The notes beneath the pieces are model-generated. The model was not told the origin of the DNA and did no database searches. It saw only the letters and a program-made list of their open reading frames with translations. The position numbers and the translations under genes are program-made. From positions 2,304,001-2,368,000 of the forward strand of contig OZ242214.1 in the NCBI GenBank assembly GCA_965206595.1: DNA of 64,000 nt, written 5' to 3'. Source of the stretch: Candidatus Latescibacterota bacterium (lineage in GTDB: Bacteria > Latescibacterota > UBA2968 > UBA8231). The first letter of the stretch is position 1; the number at the start of each line of letters is the position of its first letter. This document shows, in pieces, positions 9,001 through 17,665 of the stretch.

Positions 9001-11245
9001 TGTCCGCCACGGGCTGCCTTTCGAGCCTGGTGCGCGCTTCTTCCACCGAGCCCACCCGTAGGGACGAAGGGAATACCCGCACCTTGTTCTCCTCACGGGT
9101 GAGCAGCACCGCTTCCTCCAACCAGGCGATGGCGGTCCGCACCCGGGTATCGTCGGTGGCCGAGTCCCGCTCGAATACCTTCTCGTCGTCCTCCAGGAGG
9201 ATCTCGCCCGCCGTCGCCACAACCTCGCCCCCCAGACGCTTCTTCCGGTCGAGGTTCCGGAGCGCTCGCAGGATGCCGTGAATTTCGCGACGGTTGAGGC
9301 GCGATCGGGCCGACATCCCGAACTGGTGCTCGACGTCGTCCGTCGAGTACAGCAGCACACATCGCGCCATCTTCCGGTCCCGCCCAGCGCGCCCCGCTTC
9401 CTGCAGGTAGTTCTCAAGCGACCCGGGGATGTCGGCGTGGACAACCAGCCGCACGTCCGGCTTGTCGATGCCCATTCCGAAGGCGTTGGTAGCTGCGATC
9501 ACCCGGAGCTCGCCGGCGATGAAGCGCTCCTGGACGCTCTTCTTGGTCTCGGGCGGCAGCCCGGCGTGGAAATAGTCCGCCGCCATCTTCTTCATCTGCA
9601 GGAACTCCGCCACCTCTTCGGTCCCCCGGCGGGTGGCGCAGTAAACGATGGCACCTTCGGACGTGTCCGGCCGCAGGTTCGCCATCAGGATCTGGTGGAT
9701 GTGAGGAAACTTTTCGCCACCGGTGGTCGGAACCACCACGAACTCGAGGTTCGTGCGCCGTGCTCCGCCGTCGAAAACGGTGAGTTCTGCCCCGAGCTCT
9801 TCCCGGAAGTGCCGTTTGATATCCTCGACCACGTCGGGCTTCGCGGTGGCGGTGAGGCACAGGACCGGCGGGACCGGCCCCGATCCCGCCTTCTCGCGTA
9901 TGAAGCGCCCCACGTAGCGGTAGTCGGGCCTGAAGTCGTGCCCCCATCGCGACAGGCAGTGGGCTTCGTCCAAGACCCAGGCGCCGATCTCGCGCTGGTT
10001 CAGAACGCGGCGGAAGGACTGGCTGCGCAGTTGCTCCGGCGAGACGAGCACCAAGCCCGCGTCCCCGAACCGAACCCGGTCCAGCGCTTCGGTTCGCTCG
10101 GGCATCGACAGCAGGCCGTTGATGGCGACACACGACCCGATGCCGTGTGCTTCCAGCCCGGCTACCTGGTCCGCCATTAGCGCGACCAAGGGTGAGATCA
10201 CCACCGTGAGAGCACCGGTCTTGTCGTAGCGGGAGAGGGCCGGAATCTGGTAACAGAGCGACTTTCCGGTGCCGGTGGGGAGGATCCCGAGGACGTGCTC
10301 ACCCGCCATCGCGGCTTCAACGATGGACTGTTGCATCGGGCGCCCGTCGGCGCTCGAAGGTTTGGGGCGGAAGCCGTCGAAGCGGAACCAGCGGGAGAGT
10401 TCCTTGCGGGCGTCATGCCGGTCCCGGCACCACTCGCAGACGGGGTCTCCACAAGCTGTATCCCGTAGCCGGCGGACCAGCCGCCCCGCCTCGGGGAATT
10501 GGTAAAGTACCCACGGCGGCATGACCGAGTTGCCACCGGCCACCGAAAGCCAGGCGAGGGCGTAGGCCAGCCCCCAGCCGCCGCGTGCTGGGTCTGCCAG
10601 GACCTCGCACGCTTGGGTCCGGCAGGCCCTGCCAACCAACCGTCGCTCTGTCGCCACGCGGGCTTCCGCATCCGAGGGCCGGGGCGACTCACGCAGCCAG
10701 GAGAAGAATCTGTCGAAGCCGTCTCCGTTATCACCTGCCGTTGACAACCAGTGCCACGCGAGCAAGAGATCCGGTGAAGCGGAGCCGAGGTCTCGCAATT
10801 GGTCACGAAAGACGTCGAGCGCGAGCCGGGCATCGAGTTCGGGATCGTTCAGCCGCCCACGTTTGAGTTGTCCGTCTTGGTAATGCTTGACCAGCTGGTG
10901 ATACGGGTTGCGCGGAAAGGCGAGGGGATTGAGCCACAACGTATCCACCGCCGGCAGCCGAAAAAGCCGGAGATCGGGTTTCGCGGCTTTCAAATGCGGA
11001 AGGTCGAAGAGGATCAGGTTGTGGCCCAGCAGGAAGTCGGCACCGTGCGCGAGATCGTCCAGTCTTGTCAGTGCCGCGCCAAGGTTACCGCCGCTGAAAA
11101 CCAGTTGGTCTCCGGTATCCGATCGGATTGCGGCGAAAGCACGGATGCGACGATTCTGTTTTCCGATCTCGAGGTCCAGCGAGAGATATTTGAGAGATGA
11201 CTTTGATTCCATTGCGATGCCCACGAAAAGTCGCGGGCGTTCCAT
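6035..11245 (-). CDS. DnaQ-like domain + RecQ helicase + UvrD helicase fusion protein
   Basis: N-terminal DLE...GHNLILFD...VDTL...DA; RecQ PTGTGKSLCYQ, DEAHCLSRWGHDFRPDY, QEAGRAGRD; UvrD AGPGSGKT, DEYQD, GDDDQNIY, HRAKGLEFD, YVAMTRAR. Confidence 0.9.
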   Translation of the reverse strand: MERPRLFVGIAMESKSSLKYLSLDLEIGKQNRRIRAFAAIRSDTGDQLVFSGGNLGAALTRLDDLAHGADFLLGHNLILFDLPHLKAAKPDLRLFRLPAVDTLWLNPLAFPRNPYHQLVKHYQDGQLKRGRLNDPELDARLALDVFRDQLRDLGSASPDLLLAWHWLSTAGDNGDGFDRFFSWLRESPRPSDAEARVATERRLVGRACRTQACEVLADPARGGWGLAYALAWLSVAGGNSVMPPWVLYQFPEAGRLVRRLRDTACGDPVCEWCRDRHDARKELSRWFRFDGFRPKPSSADGRPMQQSIVEAAMAGEHVLGILPTGTGKSLCYQIPALSRYDKTGALTVVISPLVALMADQVAGLEAHGIGSCVAINGLLSMPERTEALDRVRFGDAGLVLVSPEQLRSQSFRRVLNQREIGAWVLDEAHCLSRWGHDFRPDYRYVGRFIREKAGSGPVPPVLCLTATAKPDVVEDIKRHFREELGAELTVFDGGARRTNLEFVVVPTTGGEKFPHIHQILMANLRPDTSEGAIVYCATRRGTEEVAEFLQMKKMAADYFHAGLPPETKKSVQERFIAGELRVIAATNAFGMGIDKPDVRLVVHADIPGSLENYLQEAGRAGRDRKMARCVLLYSTDDVEHQFGMSARSRLNRREIHGILRALRNLDRKKRLGGEVVATAGEILLEDDEKVFERDSATDDTRVRTAIAWLEEAVLLTREENKVRVFPSSLRVGSVEEARTRLERQPVADNYRSQLLSIAETLIDADPDEGLSTDELMGVSGLSPEGVRAALYDLERIGIASNDTALTAFVHTGVERSSRKRLEEAESLEKALIEHLRLAAPDMDKGDASILHLRVASQVLRDAGVVDPLPERLWRILRSIAADGRGEGGGSGSLGIRKRDAETVQVTLQRDWPALEETASRRREGSRRLLEHLLASLPPGSRGTDLLAETTLGKLLEALTSDLVLKSRVKDPQKLLDRALLWLHEQEVIRLHKGLAVFRPAMTIRLADENPRRGFAAADFEPLKLHYEGQVRQIHVMVEFARRGLEAMAEELQLAMDYFGLNEQEFLNRWLPDRNQELRRETTPESWRAIVESLKNPVQQRIVADNRDQNVIVLAGPGSGKTRVLVHRIAYLVRVKRENPRGILALAYNRHAAVEIRRRLGELIGEDARWVTVLTCHGLAMRLAGASFSGGAGRPENKMFQEVLQKAIALLQGEGLPPEEADEQRDRLLAGFRWILVDEYQDIDADQYELISALAGRTQKDEDRKLTLFAVGDDDQNIYAFNGASVEFIRRFEKDYGPKPEFLIDNYRSTGHIIAAANALIESARERMKDEHPIGIDRARAKSPPGGEWSKLDPVSQGRVQVLSVSKPGDLVAQAQVGMMELLRLAGLAPDWDWSRCAVIAREWKYLEPVRAFCEVHSIEVHMGNEEMPGFWHLRETQALVEWLHGRNPRLVDHKELRGWMNARSFGGPWIELLREGLDEHALEIGEGAEVPVDHFIEWLAEWGREVRRRPRGLTLLSAHRAKGLEFDHVVVLDGGWDKVDVDKGEDPDAPRRLYYVAMTRARKTLALVRFQGAQPQQSSTRPNFAREPAPPVYSRVAPLPFAFPNNGSVLHRPSGVLPPRVPELARRYRRPRPDVGFAGRRHANHPVHRAIAVLSPGDPLEVRVDEQGRWNLLDESGTAVGRLAKGFESPPGTRYGSANVLAVIGRSREASEPEYQDYAQCETWEVVVPELVFEPV

Positions 11246-11410
11246 CTATCCCATGACCAAAAACGTGTCAAGGCGGACGTGCTTTAGATCCCGATGTTAT
11301 TGGCGGCGGCTGACCGGGTACCAGCCCCAGATCCCCAACCCAATAGTGTCGAATACAAAAGAACTCCTTAAGGCCTCTGGACCACCTGGTTCCCCGAGCC
11401 GGAAAAGCCC

Positions 11411-12964
11411 CTACAGCAGGGACCTGCACAAGGCCGGGCGCGGCGCCATGTAGGGCCCGCCGCCGCTGACGCCGGCGATCTCGTCGCCGCGCCAGCGGAA
11501 GGTCACCGTCTCCTCCTCGGCGGACTCGTCCCGCGACAGCTCCTCCTCCTCATACTCGGGGAGCCCGAAACCCAACTCGCTGGTTGTCACCTCCGGTTTC
11601 TGCGCCACCACCAGGAACCCGTTCGCCACGGTTGCCTCGACAGGCAGCCCGTCGACAGTCAGCGAGCAGCTTCCCACGTCCCCCCAACCCGGTAGCCGCA
11701 GCCGCAGCTCCTTCCCCGTTCGATTGACAACGGTCACGCGGCCGGTGCTCTCGCGGCGCTCGGCCCTCACCTCCACCTGCGGCAGCTTGCGGTCGAAGTG
11801 GAAGTTGACGCGGACGATCTCCTCTTCCACGTCCACGGTCCGGGTCCAGAGCTCGATCAGGCTGTGCAGGGTCGCCGCGGTGAAGTCGGTGACGCAGGTC
11901 TGGCCGCTGACGTGGCCCACCGAGCCGCCGATGGCGCCGACGAAACGGTCGGCGAGGTCGCGGTAGCAGTCGCGGGAGTCTCCTGCCTCCGCAGGCCGGA
12001 TCGGAACCGGTTGGCGCACCTGCGCCGGGAACAGCCGGGCCCGGGCGATGCGCTCGGCGTCGTCGAGCAGGCCGGGGTCGGCGAACCGGTCCCACAGCAG
12101 CAGGGCGATGTGGGCGATATCCCCGGCCGAGGCGATGTCGCCGCCGGAGCGGTCGCCGATGTCGTGGGTGACGAACCCGGAGCGAGTGATCATCCCGGAG
12201 ACAGCTTCCCGGTAGGTCCGGCAGACCAGCTCCTGGCGCTGGCGCGACCCCTGGAGCACGGCCAGCATCAGCAGGCCGCGAAGGGTGTTGAGGTACGAGT
12301 GGGTGTGGTGGCCGCAGCCCTCGGCGAGGCTGCCGTCGTCGTTCAGCAGGTACCCGAAGTGGAAGTCGGCGAGGCGCTCCGCTTCCTCGAGGGCGGCCGG
12401 CTCCCCGGTGGCCGCGTGGAAACAGAGCAGCCCCTCGATGGCGCGGCCGTGGGTGTAGGCCGGGGCGGCGCTGTTGCCGTGCTTGGCCAGCGCCGGTCCG
12501 CCGTCGAACGAGAACCTCCATTCCATCAGGTCCCGGCTCGCGCGGCGCATCCCCTCGACCGCCCGCCGGCCGCATTCGCCGGCGCGGTCGCTGCTGCGGC
12601 ACTCGACCAGCAGTCCGAACGACAGCATGGTCTCGCGGTAGGAGTGGATGTACCAGTTGGCGGGGTCCCGGGGGTCGACGTCCTCGAGGAAGATGCCGCA
12701 GGCGTTGTCCGCCAGGCGCCAGCTGTTCTCGAGCATCGCGCTTTCCATCTCCGCGGGGATCTCGAAGCCGGCGGCGCGCTCGAGCCGCAGCATGGTGTTC
12801 CACCAGCGTCCGACGTTGTGGCCGGTGCACCAGGGGCGGAACTGGTACATGGCGCGCAGCTCCTCGTCTACCGCCATCTGCCAGTAGGGCAGGTAACCGT
12901 CGTCGCGCGACAGGCAGCCGAGGAGGTTGCGGCCGCTCAGGTGAAGGCGGTCCTCGACGTTCAC
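11411..12964 (-). CDS. Glycoside hydrolase-like alpha/alpha-barrel protein (GH127/DUF1680-like)
   Basis: GTG start overlapping upstream TGA; HTHSYLNTLRG, DDAERIAR, LRLRLPGW followed by beta-sandwich-like tail. Confidence 0.6.
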   Translation of the reverse strand: MNVEDRLHLSGRNLLGCLSRDDGYLPYWQMAVDEELRAMYQFRPWCTGHNVGRWWNTMLRLERAAGFEIPAEMESAMLENSWRLADNACGIFLEDVDPRDPANWYIHSYRETMLSFGLLVECRSSDRAGECGRRAVEGMRRASRDLMEWRFSFDGGPALAKHGNSAAPAYTHGRAIEGLLCFHAATGEPAALEEAERLADFHFGYLLNDDGSLAEGCGHHTHSYLNTLRGLLMLAVLQGSRQRQELVCRTYREAVSGMITRSGFVTHDIGDRSGGDIASAGDIAHIALLLWDRFADPGLLDDAERIARARLFPAQVRQPVPIRPAEAGDSRDCYRDLADRFVGAIGGSVGHVSGQTCVTDFTAATLHSLIELWTRTVDVEEEIVRVNFHFDRKLPQVEVRAERRESTGRVTVVNRTGKELRLRLPGWGDVGSCSLTVDGLPVEATVANGFLVVAQKPEVTTSELGFGLPEYEEEELSRDESAEEETVTFRWRGDEIAGVSGGGPYMAPRPALCRSLL

Positions 12965-13992
12965 AGGGTGTGATCGACTCCGAGCTTGATCGAACGCTCC
13001 GGGTGCTCGCAGATCTCGTGATACGCCTCGGCGGCGCGGGCGAAGGGGACGACCGGGGCCACCAGTCCGTCCGCCTTCAGCCGGCCCTCCCGCAGCAGCG
13101 CCAGGGACTCGGAGCGGATGCGCGGCACGTCCCAGCCGTGATGGAGGTGCGGTGTGCTGACCGCGCGGCTCGACACGATCTCGATGCGGTTGCGGTGCCA
13201 CTCCCCGGCCAGGGACAGCCCCTTCGAGCCGTGGTAGTAGGCGGTCGAGACCACGGTGCCGGCGTACTTGACGGCCCGCAGGGCATCCTCCAGGGCGGCG
13301 TAGGAGCCGCTGGTCTCGAAAACGACGTCGGCGCCGACCTTGCCGGTGGCCTCCTTGACCGCCACCCCGAGGTCGGTTTCGGCCGGGTCGTACACGGCAT
13401 CGGCGCAATGGCGGGCAGCCCCCTCGCGCCGCATCTCGATCGGGTCGGAGACGGCCACCCAGCGCGCCCCGCAAACCCGCGCTAGCTGCGCCACCATCTG
13501 GCCGATGGCCCCGAGGCCGGTGACGGCGACGCGGTCCCCGAGCCGCACCGGGGCATCGCGCACCGCCCCTACGGCAAAGTCGGCCGGGTCCCAGTAGACC
13601 AGGGCCTGCGGCGACATCCCATCCGGGGCGGGGTGCAGCCTCGCCGCCGGCACCGTGTGGGTCTCCCTGATCGGCAGGTGGCCGAAGACGCGGTCCCCCG
13701 GTTCGAGGCTGCCGGCATCGGGGCCGGTCTCCTCGACGGTCCCGACGCACATGTTCCCCAGGGACATCGGGAACCGCGGGGGCGCCCCCTCGCCGCGGCG
13801 GTGCAGGCGCAGCTCGGAATCGAAGCGGTCGCTGGCATCGGGGGTGTCGGCGCGGAAAGCGCGCAGCTCGGTGCCGTGCTTGACCGAGCTGAAGCGGGCG
13901 CGCACGCGCACCTGCCCCGGTTGCAGCGGCGGCTCTTCGTACTCCCGGAGCAGGGCGCGTCCTGGGCGCTCGGCGATCAGTTCCAGGGGCAC
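12961..13992 (-). CDS. Zinc-binding alcohol dehydrogenase (MDR) family protein
   Basis: AAGGA RBS before GTG; KHGTE, GroES-like N-terminus, GLGAIG, DVVFETSG. Confidence 0.85.
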   Translation of the reverse strand: MPLELIAERPGRALLREYEEPPLQPGQVRVRARFSSVKHGTELRAFRADTPDASDRFDSELRLHRRGEGAPPRFPMSLGNMCVGTVEETGPDAGSLEPGDRVFGHLPIRETHTVPAARLHPAPDGMSPQALVYWDPADFAVGAVRDAPVRLGDRVAVTGLGAIGQMVAQLARVCGARWVAVSDPIEMRREGAARHCADAVYDPAETDLGVAVKEATGKVGADVVFETSGSYAALEDALRAVKYAGTVVSTAYYHGSKGLSLAGEWHRNRIEIVSSRAVSTPHLHHGWDVPRIRSESLALLREGRLKADGLVAPVVPFARAAEAYHEICEHPERSIKLGVDHTL

Positions 13993-14245
13993 TGTCGATT
14001 CCTTTTTCGGCTTGTGGGTTGGCCACACGGGACATGGCCAGGCTCGGCACCCGGGATCCGTGCAGCTGGTCCGGCGCGGCCGAGCGGGCGAGCGTACATT
14101 GAAACCGATGTCCTGTCCGGGGAAACAGATTACAACAATTCGGCCGCGGAAGCGCCAGGCTTGCAAGGCGCCTTGGCGAGAGGTACACGGGTGTACAGCG
14201 AGCGAATGACCAGATAACCATGACACCGGAAACTGAGAGCACCCC

Positions 14246-14668
14246 ATGGAGAAGGGGATGAAAGCGCCCTTTCTGCTCGCCCTGCCGGTGGCCGCCGCGC
14301 TGGCCTGCTCCGATCTGACCACGAGCACCGACATGGTATTCGATCCCCCCTCCGCAGGGCCGGCTACCTTCGGGCAGCTGCAGAAAAGCGTGTTCGCCGT
14401 TTCCTGCGCGTCGAGCGGCTGCCACGGCGGCACCGCCTGGCCCGACCTGTCGCCCGGCAAGGCCTACGACAACATCGTCGGCGTCGAGAGCAGCCAGGGC
14501 ATTCCCCTGGTGGCCCCGGGCAGGCCGGACAGCAGCTACCTGTATCGCAAACTCCTTCCCGACGCCCAAATCTCCGGGGACCGCATGCCCCTCGGCGGGC
14601 CGTACCTGGAACCGGCCACGCTCGAGGCGGTGTACGCGTGGATAGAAAAGGGAGCCCCGAGGGACTGA
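14246..14668 (+). CDS. Putative lipoprotein with c-type cytochrome-like domain
   Basis: Lipobox-like ALAC; CASSGCH (CX4CH); PGRPDSSYL...RMP...WIEKGA as in planctomycete-type cytochrome c domains. Confidence 0.7.
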   Translation: MEKGMKAPFLLALPVAAALACSDLTTSTDMVFDPPSAGPATFGQLQKSVFAVSCASSGCHGGTAWPDLSPGKAYDNIVGVESSQGIPLVAPGRPDSSYLYRKLLPDAQISGDRMPLGGPYLEPATLEAVYAWIEKGAPRD

Positions 14669-14710
14669 CCTCCGGCTCGCCGCCGGCAAACCAATCCGGG
14701 ACGACTAACA

Positions 14711-15322
14711 TTGCGCTGGCTCCTCCCCCTCCTGATCTGCCTCCCCCTAGCGGTCCGGGGCGGCGAATGGCAGGTCGACAAGAAGGCCCGGGACAACCAG
14801 GTCAAGTTCACCTCGAGGGTGACGGCCTTCACCTTTTCCGGCGTCACCGATCAGATCGACGGCTTCCTCTACTGGGACGGGGACTCCCTTTTCACGCCGA
14901 AAACCCAATTCCATTTCGAGGTGAACCTCGCCGGCTTCGACACCGGCATCGGCAAACGGGACCGCGACATGCGCGAGGTGCTCGACACGGAGAAGTGGTC
15001 CAAGGCAGTATACAAAGGGGAGATCGCCGAACACGCCGCGGTCGATTCCACCGTGACCGCATATCGAGTAAAGACGAAGGGGACGCTGTCGCTGCACGGG
15101 ATCGACCGCGCCATTGAGGTGCCCGGAACCGTGGTTGTCGAAGAGGGGCGCTCCAGGATCGAAGCCGCCTTCACCCTGAAGCTGGCCGACTACGAGATCG
15201 AGGCCCCCTCCCTGGCCGCCTTCGTCAAGGTGAGCCAGGAAATTGCCCTCGAGGTCTTGGTTTACCTGAAGCACCTGGCCCCGGTGGAAGACTCGCAGGG
15301 GACGGAAGGAGCTGATCGATGA
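14711..15322 (+). CDS. YceI family protein
   Basis: Signal peptide; WQVD, FDTGIGKRDRDM, GTLSLHG, LKLADY. Confidence 0.88.
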   Translation: MRWLLPLLICLPLAVRGGEWQVDKKARDNQVKFTSRVTAFTFSGVTDQIDGFLYWDGDSLFTPKTQFHFEVNLAGFDTGIGKRDRDMREVLDTEKWSKAVYKGEIAEHAAVDSTVTAYRVKTKGTLSLHGIDRAIEVPGTVVVEEGRSRIEAAFTLKLADYEIEAPSLAAFVKVSQEIALEVLVYLKHLAPVEDSQGTEGADR

Positions 15323-16188
15323 GAATTCGCGCCTCTTTGCCGGCAGCCGTTCTCGTACTGGTGCCCGCTCTTGCCGGGGCCCAGCCGTCGTGGCAGGCGA
15401 TCGCGCCGCCCGAGACCCGGCTGGAGCTGTTCACCGCCCTCAGGACGGCCAACTACCCGACCGCGGAAACCCTCTACCGGGGGGACTTCCACTACGAGAT
15501 ATCCCACCGCTTCCTGCCGACCATCGACCAGGGATACGAGGCCGGCTTCGGCTTCGACGGGCCGGCAAACATCCGCACCACGGTCAGCTACGGCCTGCAC
15601 GACAGGCTGATGATGACGCTCGGGCGCAGCAGCCTGCAGGACAATCTCGACCTGCAGCTGCGGTATCGCTGGCTGCAGTTCCGCCACATGCGCTTCCCAT
15701 CGGTCGTCGCCCTGAATGCAGGCGCCGCCTGGAACACCGACATCCCCGCCATCGTCGACCGGGGGGCGGCCGCGGCCGAGAACTTCCAGTACTACGGGCA
15801 GATGATTTTCAATACGATGATGGACGACAAGCTCGGGGTGGGGCTGGTGCCTTCCTTCCTCTACAACAGCGCCATCTTCAGCGTCGATCCCCAGTTCACC
15901 GGCACCCTGGGAATCTACGTCCACTACCTCATCAACCACACCTGGGGGATCTGGGTGGAGTACAGCCCGGCGCTGATGGGGTACCAGGGCATCCTGTCGC
16001 CGGGCGAGAGCGGGCGCTCGCACAACTCCCTGGCCTGGGGCCTCTCCATCGACACGGGAGGGCACACCTTCTACGTGTTCGTCACCAACAACACGCGTTT
16101 AAGTCCGTCCCAATACCTCGTGGGGGCGCCCTACGGCGCGGCCCCGGACAACTGGCGCACCGGCTTCGGAATCACGCGGTTCCTGTAG
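15319..16188 (+). CDS. DUF5777-like outer-membrane beta-barrel protein
   Basis: Signal peptide; ISHRF, FGFDG, IDTGGHTFYVFVTN, terminal FGITRFL. Confidence 0.75.
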   Translation: MRIRASLPAAVLVLVPALAGAQPSWQAIAPPETRLELFTALRTANYPTAETLYRGDFHYEISHRFLPTIDQGYEAGFGFDGPANIRTTVSYGLHDRLMMTLGRSSLQDNLDLQLRYRWLQFRHMRFPSVVALNAGAAWNTDIPAIVDRGAAAAENFQYYGQMIFNTMMDDKLGVGLVPSFLYNSAIFSVDPQFTGTLGIYVHYLINHTWGIWVEYSPALMGYQGILSPGESGRSHNSLAWGLSIDTGGHTFYVFVTNNTRLSPSQYLVGAPYGAAPDNWRTGFGITRFL

Positions 16189-16259
16189 GGAGGGAAGGAT
16201 GAACATGGCCGAAGCCGTACCCGGCCTCGTTTTTCTTGTATACCTGAGGAGCGATTACA

Positions 16260-17321
16260 ATGAGAGTCTTCAGCATTGGGGCGGATGGTGCGTTTACCGA
16301 GTACGAACGGCTACCATTCGAGGCCGATCATGAAGAAGCCGTCCTTGAAGAGTGGCTGGAGTTCAACCCTGACGGCATCCTGGCAGAAGGGCGCATCCTG
16401 ATCATCGGGCGTCAGGTTCAGACCGACATGGGGGGATACATCGATCTGCTCGGCGTAGACCGGGAGGGAAGCGTGGTCGTCGTGGAGTTGAAGCGTGACC
16501 GCACGCCGCGGGACGCGGTTGCTCAGGCGCTGGAATACGCTGCCTTCGCCGAACGGCTGGACGTCGACGCGCTGGAGGTCATCTTCAGGCAGTACCAAAA
16601 CGAGTCACTCGGCCTCGCCGATCACCACCGGGAGTACTTTGAGCTGGAGGAAGGGGAAGCCGTAGCGTTCAACAAGGATCAACGCATGGTAATCGTTGGC
16701 CAGCGGGTGACCCCCGAGATCAGGCAGACCGCAACGTTTTTGGGTTCGAAAGGGGTCAGGGTTACGTGCGTCGAATTCACCTTCTTTCAAACACACGAAG
16801 GCAGTCGTCTGCTGTCTCAAGAAATCGTCGTCGACAAAGAACACGCAAAGCCGCGCCGGGTGGTTTCCGCCTCTCTACCGGTCGTTACGGAAGCCGAATT
16901 TATAGAGTCCTGTGACGAACATGGCAAGGCCGTCTTTTCTCGTATCCTCGACTTGGCGAAGACCAAATCCATGTCCATCAACTGGGGAACCAAAGGCTTC
17001 TCGGTAGGTGTCGAGGTCGATGAAACGCGGGTTGTCATTTGTTACATCTATCCGCCCGACTCGGTGTACAAGCAGACATTCCGCACCGCACTGCGCGACC
17101 GCGGAGGCGTCGAAAGAAAGACCGCGACGCCCGATGATGTTGTCGAATCTCTTTGGAAACAGGCCGACGATACGGGGTTGTTTACCCCTGCCGGTCGAGA
17201 TCTCAAGTGTACCATCAACCGGACGTTAAACCACCACGAAATAGACGCGCTTGTTGCGTGGTGCGAGTCCGTAGAGAAGGCAGTCGTCAAGCACGGGCTC
17301 AAAGCGTATCTCGGGCAGTAA
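16260..17321 (+). CDS. NucS/DUF91-like PD-(D/E)XK endonuclease with extra C-terminal domain
   Basis: E..LEEWL...GRQ...IDLLGVD...VVVELKR...AVAQALEYA. Confidence 0.8.
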   Translation: MRVFSIGADGAFTEYERLPFEADHEEAVLEEWLEFNPDGILAEGRILIIGRQVQTDMGGYIDLLGVDREGSVVVVELKRDRTPRDAVAQALEYAAFAERLDVDALEVIFRQYQNESLGLADHHREYFELEEGEAVAFNKDQRMVIVGQRVTPEIRQTATFLGSKGVRVTCVEFTFFQTHEGSRLLSQEIVVDKEHAKPRRVVSASLPVVTEAEFIESCDEHGKAVFSRILDLAKTKSMSINWGTKGFSVGVEVDETRVVICYIYPPDSVYKQTFRTALRDRGGVERKTATPDDVVESLWKQADDTGLFTPAGRDLKCTINRTLNHHEIDALVAWCESVEKAVVKHGLKAYLGQ

Positions 17322-17665
17322 TGATGGATTGACCGGCGCCAGCTATGGTGGGACAATCCCATTTATGGGCGGGGTGAGAGGATGCGAAGAAAGCGCGGGA
17401 GCAGCCGATATCTACGACGTTTCACTGGGAAGTGAGTCGAAGCTCAAGGGGGTACGGAACAGTCGCAAGGGATTCCCACGACTTTTTTCAGAGTTCCGAA
17501 CGACAGGCAACCCTGCTGAGATGGCGGTGTGATTGCGAGACAAGACGAAGGTTCCCCGAGGTCCGGGCGATCCGCATCGCTTTCCCAGTTAAATTCGAGA
17601 TCAGGTAGGAAGTTGAAGGGGCCTTCTGGAAGTCTGATCTTCTCGATTCGTCCCCATGGAAAATC

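Noticed and set aside
11411-14689. 1092-aa ORF as a single protein
   Set aside because: Only the part from GTG 12964 looks protein-like; the upstream part is an off-frame overlap of the dehydrogenase and cytochrome genes
17340-17490. Three small hairpins in the intergenic region before the AlbA gene
   Set aside because: Short stems with no recognisable RNA family; only the last (AGTCG...CGACT + T run) may be a weak terminator
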